This document shows, piece by piece, positions 23,230-32,768 of a stretch of 64,000 nucleotides of DNA. The stretch comes from a virus. Where the stretch lies: the IMG/VR virus record IMGVR_UViG_3300044712_000688, positions 72,299-136,298 of that record, one strand, 5' to 3'. Within the stretch, counting starts at the first letter, position 1. The number at the start of each line of letters is the position of its first letter. The translations under genes and the position numbers were made by a program. The notes beneath the pieces are model-generated. The model saw only the letters and a program-made list of their open reading frames with translations, was not told where the DNA came from and searched no databases.

Positions 23230-26103
23230 GTGGCCCTAGTCGGTGAAGCGCATATCCTCGTTCGTGCTATTACAACGAACGTTGAAAAAGATATTCGCAA
23301 GGCATTTAGCAACGTCAATGGTAACGCTGCTAGTAATGCTGGTGCATCCCTAGGTGCCTCTTTTTCCCGCGGACTACGAAACAACATAGATGGTAACGTC
23401 TTTTCTAGACTTGCGAGTAACATAGCAGAATTAGCCCCTAATGCTGATGGTGCTAGAGAAGCATTTCAAGGAATGGTTCGCTCTTCCTATGTAGCTGGTA
23501 CCGCTATTTCTGTACTGCTAGGTGCTATCTCTTCTCTAATTGGTGGTCTTGGTGCACTGGTCGGTGCTGCTGGTCAAGCTGCTGTTGGCTTGGTTGCTGT
23601 TGCTGGTGCTGCGGTCGCCCTTAAAGTTGGATTTAGCGTTGCTGGTATGGCTTTCAAGGGAATTAGCCAAGCTGTATCTGCAGCTACCAGCGCAAATAAG
23701 AACTACTCTGACTCGCTTAGAAAAGCCAAGTTTGACGCAGAAGAAGCTGCTTTAGCCGTAGATGACGCGGCACTAGCCCTCGAGAGAGCGATTGAAGCTA
23801 GAAACCGTGTTGCTGATCTTCCAGTAAACAGTAGAGCTAGGCGAGAAGCCGACCTCAATGTTAAAAAGGCTGAGCTTGCGCTACGTAAGGCAAAAGACGC
23901 CGAAAAGAATGCGGGCAAGGCTGCTGCAGGTGGTACTGCAGCCACAGACCCATATGCTGGACTAACTCCATCTCAGAAAGAATTTGCCAAATTCTTGGTC
24001 AGCCTAAAGGCCAAGATGGACGAGATAAAAGAAGCAGCAGCTAAAGGCTTCCTACCTCTACTGAAGACTCAGATGGAGCGCCTAATTCAAGCTGGCGCTT
24101 TGGAGATCATACGAGACAGATTCTATGACATCGGCAGAGGCATGGGATTCGCTGCCGAAAAATTTACTGACATTGTCATGATCAGAGGTAGCCTAAAGAA
24201 GCTAGATGAGGTATTAAAAAATATCTCCGAGCAACTTCCGCCAATGGGTACTATTTTTGGAAACCTGTTTGACGGTTTGCTAAGTGTTCTTCGTCTTGCT
24301 GACCCGGCTGTACGAAACTTTGTTGGCTATTTAGAAACTAAGTCAAAGAATTTTGCCGATTACTTTACCGTCGGTGGAGATCCTAAGAACAGCTCCATAT
24401 CTAAGTTCTTTGTGGAATCGGAAAAAATGTTGGAAAGATTCTTTGGAATCTTTGGAAACATTTTCAAGACCATAGGGACCTTAGTCGAGGCTAACTTTGG
24501 TCCTGGTTCTGGTGGCGAGATCATGGTGACTTGGCTAGAAAAAACTACCAGCGGCTGGGCCAATATGGGACGTACTTTTGATGGTAAGGTCAGTGCCCCA
24601 TTCAAGCAATGGTTTAGTGATGCTGCAACCAACACGACAAAAATATTGGATGCCATCGGGGCGCTCATTAAAGAGTTCCTCAAGCTGGGGGATATGCCAG
24701 AAATTGGTCAGACCTTTGACATCCTAAAGCAAGGTGCTCCAGCAATGGGCGAGCTTATGAGGGCTGGTATAAAGGCTGGACCATCTCTGGCTAATCTAGT
24801 TGTACAGATAACACGAATTCTTGTGGCCTTAGCTGACTCCGAAGGGCCTAAGGTTTTCTTTGACACTCTTACTGCTTTTGCAACTAAGGTGGCAGATATT
24901 CTTGAAAGCGAAGTTGCTCAAAAAATACTTAAAGCTATAGGTGGATTCTTAGCGTTTGCTCTCGCCATTGGCACCGTAACAAAAGTCGCTAAGTTCTTTG
25001 GAAACGTCTTTATGGGTGTTTTCGGCAACATAGCTCAAATGGGCGCTGGATTTATGACTAACCTAGGAAAGTTCCAAGGATTCTTGGTTCAGATGAATCT
25101 AGGAGCTAAAGACCTGATTGGTAAGGGTGGATTCTTAAACACCCTATTCGGTAACTTGGGTGTTGGACTTAGTCGTTTTGGTCGCTTCTTGGTTAGCTTC
25201 CCTGGTGTTGCCATCATTGCAACCCTTGTTACTCTGTTCGTTGACCTCTACAACAACTCTGAAACATTCAGAAAAACAGTCAGTGATACGCTATCTGGTA
25301 TTGGGGCGGCGTTCGGTCGCCTGTGGGACTCGCTGATGGGTCTATTTGATCAGCTATTTGGTGGCGATGGTCTCGGTGGAATCATGGAAGCGATTCGTCC
25401 AATCACTGAACTGATCCTTGGCACAGTATTCCCCCTAATTGGTGGCGTAATCAGCATAATTATTGACACGGTAGCTACCGCAATCAACTTCATAACCACA
25501 TTAGTTAGAACCATCATGAATGGTATTAAACCGCTTGTTAGCGGAATCATGGACCTATTCAAGGGTAATTTTGGTCCGGGCCTAGCTAAGATTTTTGGTG
25601 GCATCGGAATCATGTTGCTAGGAATTATTGAAGGCATCGTCAATGCCATCATCGGTGGAATTAACGTAGTTCTAGGTGTGGTCAATGGCCTACTCAAGGC
25701 TATCGGTGACGGTCCAGTTGGTCAGTTCCTAAAGACCGTTACTGGTGGAGCGATTAACCTATCTAACGTTAAATTGAAGGTTGACTACGTAGACTGGACT
25801 AGCAAGGCTAAGGCCAACCTAGCAAAGGTTGGTGGCACTAAGATGGCTACGGGTGGTACCGTGTTCCCTACTTCTGGCGGATCAATGGTTACCGTAGCTG
25901 AGGCAGGTCGTCCAGAGCGTATCGAGCCACTTCACCCTAATGGTCTTTCTGATAGAGACTTGGCCATTATTAACAAGCTTTCTGGTGGCGGTGGCCCTCA
26001 GATTCAGGTCACAGTCAACCCATCTGCAAAGATGGATGAGCGCGAATTGGCAATGCAAGTTTCTCGCCAGATCGCATACGAGATTCGTAAGGGCGGTTAC
26101 TAA
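23230..26103 (+). CDS. Tape measure protein (957 aa)
   Basis: ALVGEAHILVRA N-terminus, Ala/Gly-rich amphipathic helices, C-terminal ATGG...AEAGRPE motif. Confidence 0.92.
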   Translation: MALVGEAHILVRAITTNVEKDIRKAFSNVNGNAASNAGASLGASFSRGLRNNIDGNVFSRLASNIAELAPNADGAREAFQGMVRSSYVAGTAISVLLGAISSLIGGLGALVGAAGQAAVGLVAVAGAAVALKVGFSVAGMAFKGISQAVSAATSANKNYSDSLRKAKFDAEEAALAVDDAALALERAIEARNRVADLPVNSRARREADLNVKKAELALRKAKDAEKNAGKAAAGGTAATDPYAGLTPSQKEFAKFLVSLKAKMDEIKEAAAKGFLPLLKTQMERLIQAGALEIIRDRFYDIGRGMGFAAEKFTDIVMIRGSLKKLDEVLKNISEQLPPMGTIFGNLFDGLLSVLRLADPAVRNFVGYLETKSKNFADYFTVGGDPKNSSISKFFVESEKMLERFFGIFGNIFKTIGTLVEANFGPGSGGEIMVTWLEKTTSGWANMGRTFDGKVSAPFKQWFSDAATNTTKILDAIGALIKEFLKLGDMPEIGQTFDILKQGAPAMGELMRAGIKAGPSLANLVVQITRILVALADSEGPKVFFDTLTAFATKVADILESEVAQKILKAIGGFLAFALAIGTVTKVAKFFGNVFMGVFGNIAQMGAGFMTNLGKFQGFLVQMNLGAKDLIGKGGFLNTLFGNLGVGLSRFGRFLVSFPGVAIIATLVTLFVDLYNNSETFRKTVSDTLSGIGAAFGRLWDSLMGLFDQLFGGDGLGGIMEAIRPITELILGTVFPLIGGVISIIIDTVATAINFITTLVRTIMNGIKPLVSGIMDLFKGNFGPGLAKIFGGIGIMLLGIIEGIVNAIIGGINVVLGVVNGLLKAIGDGPVGQFLKTVTGGAINLSNVKLKVDYVDWTSKAKANLAKVGGTKMATGGTVFPTSGGSMVTVAEAGRPERIEPLHPNGLSDRDLAIINKLSGGGGPQIQVTVNPSAKMDERELAMQVSRQIAYEIRKGGY

Positions 26104-27083
26104 TGCCAACATATTATGACCCTAGTGCTGATATAAATCCGGCTATTCAGTCGGATGAAAATAAATTAGTAAATAAAGCTCTATCCAATCTTCCAGCTCC
26201 GCACATCACTGGTCTAAAGCTGAAGGCTGATATCTCATTAGGTAGTTTGGTTTTAAACACCATAGATGAGAATGATGTTATCTGGGTGTGTACTGACATA
26301 GAGGGCTGGTGGAATTTACCAGACCCAGAGATCCCTGACCTACCTCGTGGTTGGGGCGATGGTTCGTATGATGCAAAAGGTCGCTATGCAGCTAGGTTGA
26401 TGACTCTAACTGGCTCGTTTTTGACTCAGGATCCTTCTCAGGTTGAGGTCGCCAGGCAAAAACTATTTAATGCTATTGACTTGGTCTATGCTGGTTCAGA
26501 TTTAGTAGTGAAAGAATCTCCAGTAATAAAGACTACTTTTGTTAGGCTAAGCGGTAGACCAGAAATTGCCACTGTAAAAGCTAGAGGACGTACCGACTTC
26601 TCCATTGGCCTCAAGGCAGCTGATCCAATCAAGTACGAGTATCTTTATAGCTCCAGCCAAGCTGGTTCTGGAGAAAGCATCGTAGATGGCTACAGAGAAA
26701 AGACTATTTCGGCTAACGGAAATACTACTTTTACCAATACCGGAACATTTAAAGTTCCTACTATTCTGTCTATCGCTGGCCCTGTGTCAGTCGGGGCTAC
26801 AGTAGTAAATGCCATTAACTACTCTGACTCTGCTGTTGATGACATATCGGAGACTGTAACAGTAGTTAAAAATATTCCTAGCGGGTCAACCCTAGAAATT
26901 GATTCTTTGAATAGAGAAGTGGTATTGGTCACTGGAAGCACTGTAGTGAATGCAAGAAGCTACATCTCGACTCTGAGCGACTGGATTCGTTTCGAGCCTA
27001 GCTCTAAAGCAACCAATACCGTAACTTTCACAGCTTCTGGAGGTACCTGCACGGTATCCTTCCGATCTGGCTGGATTGGCTAG
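26103..27083 (+). CDS. Distal tail protein (Dit-like minor tail protein)
   Basis: Follows the tape measure gene (TAATG overlap); IEGWW...RGWGDG and KAADPIKY motifs. Confidence 0.75.
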   Translation: MPTYYDPSADINPAIQSDENKLVNKALSNLPAPHITGLKLKADISLGSLVLNTIDENDVIWVCTDIEGWWNLPDPEIPDLPRGWGDGSYDAKGRYAARLMTLTGSFLTQDPSQVEVARQKLFNAIDLVYAGSDLVVKESPVIKTTFVRLSGRPEIATVKARGRTDFSIGLKAADPIKYEYLYSSSQAGSGESIVDGYREKTISANGNTTFTNTGTFKVPTILSIAGPVSVGATVVNAINYSDSAVDDISETVTVVKNIPSGSTLEIDSLNREVVLVTGSTVVNARSYISTLSDWIRFEPSSKATNTVTFTASGGTCTVSFRSGWIG

Positions 27084-27092
27084 TGTTATAAT
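27084..27092 (+). promoter_or_regulatory. Extended -10 promoter
   Basis: TGTTATAAT (TGn-TATAAT) just after the Dit stop. Confidence 0.5.
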
Positions 27093-27122
27093 TTATTTAA
27101 AGACAACGACGAAAGTACAGTA

Positions 27123-29453
27123 ATGGCGACCCTAACTACTAAACCGACACTATCGGCTAACTACCGCTATTTTGTCTGCGACCTAGTTACCAATGAGCTA
27201 CTGTCAGAAATACCGCTAAGCAACGTATCTTATGGCCGTTCTATTCGAGAAGCAGGGTCCTTTACTGGAGATATTCCAGTCAGCCCCGAGACTTATAATC
27301 TAAGCCTCTATGAAAACACTGTTCCAGGCAAAACAGCCCTATATATTGTTCGCAATAACCAGTGCGTTTGGGGCGGAATTATTTGGTCTAGATCGTACGA
27401 TATTAAAAATAAAATATTGAATATCAGCGGTAATGAGTTCACTAGCTACCTACACCACCGTGTTGCATGGAAAACATTCGACAATTCATACCCAGCCACT
27501 GTTACCTTGAATACAGACGGGGTAGGTAAGTTAGAGCTGCAAGATAATGAAACCTTTGATTTTGCAGCCAACATGCCGATTCAATTAGTGTTCGGTTCAG
27601 AAAATAATCAGAAGTATAACGGCTATTACTATATAACTTCCGACCCTGCACCTACAGATAGCGTTGCTTATTTTACTGCTGAAAAAGACGGTAATGGGTT
27701 TATTTCAGTTCAGGGTGTAGCTAGGCAGGATACAAGTACCGCCGTCTACGTAAGACAAGATACGTACGAATATGCTCGCGATCTTTTGAAGGCGCTAGAG
27801 CTTGATTTTTATGGTCCAATTTTTGGTAACTCAGAGATAGAGCCTTCACTGGTCTATGCTCAGGTAATTACTACGGTCTCTAGGACTTCAAATGTTGCTA
27901 CGGCGGTTTTTGATAAACCCCACTATTTGATTGTTGGACAAGCATTTACGCTTAGGAATACAAATACAGTCTTAGATGGTAGGCATGTTGTTTTAGATGT
28001 TCCAAATGAAAATACAGTCACATTTAGTAGCACCGGAAATGACATTTCAGAAACTGCTTTAGTTTCTAACGAATCGTCTGTTTCGAAATACTCTAGGGCA
28101 AGTACCGGAGTTGTGACCGTGACTACTTCTTCTAATCACTCTTTTTCTGTGAATGATGTTGTAGAAGTTAGTGGACTAACAAACCTAATTGATGGTACCC
28201 ATGTTGTGACGGGAACCACTAGCAATACACTCACTTTTCAGACTGAAGTTACTGTAATAATTGCTCCTAGCGAGCCTTCAGACGATGCTACAGTACAGCG
28301 AAAAGCAGAAGTACGATATGGATCATACGGTGAGTACTCTGAAAATTCTGGGCTTCAGTTAGACTACTCTACTGGTGGCTTCAGCGTACAGTCTCCTCAA
28401 GATAACCATCCTTTCCGAGGATTTGAGCTCAAGTATGTCGGAGAGATTTTAGACGAGTATTCGAATACTCCTAACGGTTTTGAGTATCGGATTGACTGCG
28501 ATTATGACCCGAATACTAACTCTTTTACTAGAACTTTTGTATTCCTACCTATGGAACCAGACTCCTTTAGAAACTACAAAAATTCGCTGCCTAATGCTAA
28601 GCTACCAGCTGGAAAATATGCTCCGCTATCGGCCTTCAATGCTGATCGAATAGTGTTCGAACACCCTGGAAACATCCTAGCTGCTAGCATGGTTGAATCA
28701 GCAGAAGATGCTGCAACACGATTTTGGACTCAGGGGGACGACGATACAGGAAACTCTAATGCGTCCTTACCCTACGCAGCCGAGACAAATTTTGACTACC
28801 TAGATCGAGGGTGGCCTCTTTTAGATCAGGTGGAAAAAATCTCAAACGTTAGCGAAGAATCAATACTTTATGATAAGTATGCAGTTCGAATGCTCTCGGA
28901 ATCAATTCCGCCAATATCTAATTTCTCAATTACTGTAGATGGATCACTTAGACCCACTCTGGGCACATATAAGCCCGGGGACTGGTGCTCTGTAATTATC
29001 AACGATGATTTTGTACAACTAAGATTAGATAGTGATTTAGAACCTGGTAGTTCTCAGGCAGATAGAGCTGGAGTTCTACTTAGAAAGATTGATGCATTTG
29101 AGGTGTCTGTTCCAGAGAGCCCTACTGTGCCAGAGGAGGTATCGCTCACTCTAGTAACGGAAACCCAGATTGATGCAGCTGGCGAGACTCTAATTGATTT
29201 GGATGCCACTACTACTGGCACTTCTAGTGTTACATTCTCAGTTAAATACGATACTGATCGTACCGATAGCTCCACTACCGTTGCACTATTCCGAGGAAGT
29301 ACTTCTCTAACTTCTTGGACTCTTGGTCCAGATGACATTCTTTCTACTACCTACACTGCAACTGGACTTAGTGCCAATACTAAATATGAATTTAAACTAA
29401 AAGTAAATGGCGTCACGTACGTAACGCTGTTCATAAAGACAAAGGCATCATAA
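27123..29453 (+). CDS. Tail hub / minor tail protein with inserted beta domains
   Basis: YRYFVCDLVTNELLSEIPL, GKTALYIVRNNQCVWGGIIW and YKPGDWC resemble actinophage tail-tip proteins. Confidence 0.75.
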   Translation: MATLTTKPTLSANYRYFVCDLVTNELLSEIPLSNVSYGRSIREAGSFTGDIPVSPETYNLSLYENTVPGKTALYIVRNNQCVWGGIIWSRSYDIKNKILNISGNEFTSYLHHRVAWKTFDNSYPATVTLNTDGVGKLELQDNETFDFAANMPIQLVFGSENNQKYNGYYYITSDPAPTDSVAYFTAEKDGNGFISVQGVARQDTSTAVYVRQDTYEYARDLLKALELDFYGPIFGNSEIEPSLVYAQVITTVSRTSNVATAVFDKPHYLIVGQAFTLRNTNTVLDGRHVVLDVPNENTVTFSSTGNDISETALVSNESSVSKYSRASTGVVTVTTSSNHSFSVNDVVEVSGLTNLIDGTHVVTGTTSNTLTFQTEVTVIIAPSEPSDDATVQRKAEVRYGSYGEYSENSGLQLDYSTGGFSVQSPQDNHPFRGFELKYVGEILDEYSNTPNGFEYRIDCDYDPNTNSFTRTFVFLPMEPDSFRNYKNSLPNAKLPAGKYAPLSAFNADRIVFEHPGNILAASMVESAEDAATRFWTQGDDDTGNSNASLPYAAETNFDYLDRGWPLLDQVEKISNVSEESILYDKYAVRMLSESIPPISNFSITVDGSLRPTLGTYKPGDWCSVIINDDFVQLRLDSDLEPGSSQADRAGVLLRKIDAFEVSVPESPTVPEEVSLTLVTETQIDAAGETLIDLDATTTGTSSVTFSVKYDTDRTDSSTTVALFRGSTSLTSWTLGPDDILSTTYTATGLSANTKYEFKLKVNGVTYVTLFIKTKAS

Positions 29454-32083
29454 TGGGCATTAGACGTAGACGTAAAAAGCTGACCAGCCTCATATCCAAT
29501 ATGGATAGGAGAATTAGATCAGTAGAATTTAAGAAAACTGCCTATAACGTAAAGGCAACTACTGAAGAGACTTCTGCGGGAGAAGAAGTTGGCAATGAAC
29601 CAGCTGGTTCCGTATACTCTCCTACCCTACCCAATCCTTGGGTGCGCGTGAAGCGTGCTTACTTTCACCCATCTAATGTAGTCGCGGGCGACAGGTTTGA
29701 AATACTGTCCTATGATACCGACGGGATTGAATCTATTTCTGGATCTTCGGTCGAGAAAGGAGATTATGTCTCCATATCATCAATTGGACGAACCTCTGCT
29801 CCAGTATTGACCATTGGTAGAACATATTTTAAAAATACTAATTCTAGTAACCCGTACTACACATGTAGGGCACACGGAACTCCTAGCTGGTCATTAAGTT
29901 CTACAAACACCCGTGAAAGTCTAAAGTTTAATGGAGCGCAGGTATATGCTCCGCTTCCTATTCCTGGCGACACATTAGGTACCGTAAAGCATACTTACCT
30001 ATTTTCTAGTGGAAGTACTGTAACTTCAAACAGTATAAGAATAGCCCTAGCTACTCGAGCTTTAATTGCCTCTCACTCGGCTACAACAACTACTGCTACT
30101 CTAACAATAAGCGGTAGCTCTCATCACTATACAACTAATGACATCATTGACGTCAATGATTTGCCAGAAGCATACCGAGGCATAGATGGCCTATTTAAGG
30201 TAAAGTCCGTAACGTCTAATACCATCAGTTACGATTTCGATACTCCTTTATCAGCGGCTATTCCGTCTGCTACTGCTAGCTCTGGAACTTACATTTACTC
30301 TGTTGCTCAGAAGTATGTACGAGTTGGCTCTACTTGGTTTGATACCGTAAATGACAATAAAGTCTATTACTGGAATGGGCTTAGGTATCAAGTCGGACAA
30401 GTAGCCGGTCTACAGAATGATGGCTCTGCTCCTAATCCACCTACAAATCTAGTTTTATCAACTACTGGATATAACCGAGGCACTGATGGTAGTCCTAGGT
30501 CTAGGGTGGATTTGTCTTGGACTGCACCTACGCAATCTGCCAATGGTAAGGATTTGGATGACTTACTTGGATACAAAATTAGGATTAGCGAAACTGGCTA
30601 CAGTAACTGGAGAGACACTAGGGACCTCAACGGGCGAGATACTTCAGAAACTATTACTGGCCTAGATCCAAATAAGCAATACTATTTCCGAGTTACCGCC
30701 TATGACTCGTTTGGAAATGAATCCACGGGACTCGACGGAACCATTGTAACTGGCTTAGCTGCCCTTAGCGTTGAAAAACCTTCAGCTCCGGTGATCCCGA
30801 CACCTAGGCTCGGAATTGTTCAGGTTAGTTGGGACGGTAAGGACTACAACGGGGCTGTAGTTCCTATAGAGCTGATCAACTTTATCGAGGTACACGGCTC
30901 TACGACTAGTGGATTTACCCCTGGTTCTGGTACATTACTAGGAAAGATTTACTCTAAGAACGCTCCCGCTGCGATTCCTGACCTTACCTATAATGCAACT
31001 TACTATTTTAAACTTGTTGCAGTAGATAAAAACGGCAACTCTAGCGATGCGTCCACTCAAACAACGACGCAGATTAGACCTTTAGTCGATACGGACATTA
31101 TTGGTAAGGTTCTTAATGGAGCAAATATTGTAAACGGATCTATTACGGCTTCCGAAGCAATTATTGGTGAGACCATTACCGGAGCTCTAATACGGGGTCT
31201 AACTATAAATGCTGGTCACATAGAAACAAATAGCATCACTACAGATCGACTACGGGCCGGAACCATGACGGGTTTCACAATTAGAACGTCTGACAGCTCT
31301 ACATCAGTAACTCTATCTGCAGCAGATAATGCATTAACGATACGCGTTGCCGGAACAGTAGCTGCATATTTAACTGGTGTCTATGATCCTATTTGGGATT
31401 ATGGGGCCCTTTTGAGTTACTCATATACTGACGTATATAGCAGTAACTTTTTTGTGAATGTTGATACTACTGCAATGCGTGGCCCAGGCAATGTTTCCGG
31501 AGCTATTGCATGGGGTAGTGGTGTTTTTGGATATCTTGATTTATATGCAGACACTCAGATAATGATTACTGCTGACAGTGTAACAATTGGAAGTGATACT
31601 GCTAGCATCACGGACGTATCTGGAGCTCTTAGAGTTGCTGCTGGTTTTTCAGCTACTGGACAAATTACTGCGGGTGCTGCCATAGTTAGAAGCCAGTTAT
31701 CTGGCGGTGGAACTACAGGAGCATCATTTACAAATAATGGATCTCTAGTTAGGACCGCGTCTTCTGCAAGATATAAGCAAGATATTGTAGATTTGTCTAT
31801 AGACTATGAAAAAATTCTGATGATGCAACCTAGGTTGTATCGTTGGATAGAAGAGGTGCAAGAGTTTTCGGATGCTAGACACTATGCAGGTTTTATAGCA
31901 GAAGAGTTACATGAATTAGGGCTTACTGATTTTGTTTCATATTCAAAGGACAATGAAGGAAATGTAAGGCCTGAAGGCGTATACTACGGCGAGCTAACTG
32001 GAGCTCTAGTTTTAGCTATAAAACACCAAAATGATTTGATATCTGAGATTAGTGATAGACTGTCAAGGTTAGAAGGACAATAA
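29453..32083 (+). CDS. Central tail fibre/spike with FN3 domains and C-terminal intramolecular chaperone (peptidase S74-like)
   Basis: FN3-type LSWTAP...YYFRVTAYD and YYFKLVAVD; C-terminal SSARYKQDI...GFIAEEL...AIK coiled coil. Confidence 0.8.
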   Translation: MGIRRRRKKLTSLISNMDRRIRSVEFKKTAYNVKATTEETSAGEEVGNEPAGSVYSPTLPNPWVRVKRAYFHPSNVVAGDRFEILSYDTDGIESISGSSVEKGDYVSISSIGRTSAPVLTIGRTYFKNTNSSNPYYTCRAHGTPSWSLSSTNTRESLKFNGAQVYAPLPIPGDTLGTVKHTYLFSSGSTVTSNSIRIALATRALIASHSATTTTATLTISGSSHHYTTNDIIDVNDLPEAYRGIDGLFKVKSVTSNTISYDFDTPLSAAIPSATASSGTYIYSVAQKYVRVGSTWFDTVNDNKVYYWNGLRYQVGQVAGLQNDGSAPNPPTNLVLSTTGYNRGTDGSPRSRVDLSWTAPTQSANGKDLDDLLGYKIRISETGYSNWRDTRDLNGRDTSETITGLDPNKQYYFRVTAYDSFGNESTGLDGTIVTGLAALSVEKPSAPVIPTPRLGIVQVSWDGKDYNGAVVPIELINFIEVHGSTTSGFTPGSGTLLGKIYSKNAPAAIPDLTYNATYYFKLVAVDKNGNSSDASTQTTTQIRPLVDTDIIGKVLNGANIVNGSITASEAIIGETITGALIRGLTINAGHIETNSITTDRLRAGTMTGFTIRTSDSSTSVTLSAADNALTIRVAGTVAAYLTGVYDPIWDYGALLSYSYTDVYSSNFFVNVDTTAMRGPGNVSGAIAWGSGVFGYLDLYADTQIMITADSVTIGSDTASITDVSGALRVAAGFSATGQITAGAAIVRSQLSGGGTTGASFTNNGSLVRTASSARYKQDIVDLSIDYEKILMMQPRLYRWIEEVQEFSDARHYAGFIAEELHELGLTDFVSYSKDNEGNVRPEGVYYGELTGALVLAIKHQNDLISEISDRLSRLEGQ

Positions 32084-32084
32084 G

Positions 32085-32225
32085 ATGAATACACCAGAAA
32101 TTGACGTCTCATTAGTGCTGAATGAGCTGAAGACTGTTATAGCAAATCAGGCACAAGAAATTGCCATTTTAAAGGCAACCATTATAACTATGCAGAGGCT
32201 TACTCAAAGCGAGTCGGTAGAGTAG
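32085..32225 (+). CDS. Small coiled-coil hypothetical protein (46 aa), not in the ORF track
   Basis: MNTPEIDVSLVLNELKTVIANQAQEIAILKATIITMQRLTQSESVE; SD AAGGA; fills the gap exactly. Confidence 0.6.
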   Translation: MNTPEIDVSLVLNELKTVIANQAQEIAILKATIITMQRLTQSESVE

Positions 32226-32230
32226 CTCGT

Positions 32231-32701
32231 ATGTATACGGTAAAAGACGGAGCAAGATCGCTTCAGTTCAACGGAAAGCTTTTAGGTCAGTCCACCTCGA
32301 AAAGAAATGACTCCACTCGTTGGATCGAGTTTGAGCTATACAAAACTGATAGCGGATCTTACATTCTTTCTCGCATCGGTGTTTCTTTAGTTTTTCATGG
32401 TGCAGCTTGCCCTCTTGTTCGTAGATATGGCTTACAGGAGAGTCCATATTCAAACATAAACAAAAAGTCTGTACCCTGCGTAGAATGTAATCCGTCTGAG
32501 GAAGCTGAACTGGTTTTCCCCGAAAAGTATCGCCATTGGGCTCAGGTTTCCGAAGAGCCTGGCGCAGTGCTAGACGCCCTCTACAAATACGACGACAACG
32601 GCGCACGCTACCTAACAAACGTGGCTCAGAGGTTGCTAGAAGAGGCATCTAAGAACGATGGGCTGATTGCGGATATCTATAAAATAGAGATAATTCCCTA
32701 A
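32231..32701 (+). CDS. Hypothetical protein
   Basis: 156-aa ORF in the operon (RWIEFELYKT...CxxC); function not recognised. Confidence 0.6.
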   Translation: MYTVKDGARSLQFNGKLLGQSTSKRNDSTRWIEFELYKTDSGSYILSRIGVSLVFHGAACPLVRRYGLQESPYSNINKKSVPCVECNPSEEAELVFPEKYRHWAQVSEEPGAVLDALYKYDDNGARYLTNVAQRLLEEASKNDGLIADIYKIEIIP

Positions 32702-32705
32702 CCAG

Positions 32706-32735
32706 AAACCCTAGTTGCAAAGACTAGGGTTTTTT
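32706..32735 (+). terminator. Intrinsic terminator ending the structural operon
   Basis: AAACCCTAGT-N7-ACTAGGGTTT followed by Ts. Confidence 0.8.
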
Positions 32736-32768
32736 GCTAATATAAATTTCTTATCGAAAAGGATTTAT

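Noticed and set aside
29453-32083. Diversity-generating retroelement acting on fibre genes
   Set aside because: No reverse transcriptase and no template/variable repeat pair seen in this window.
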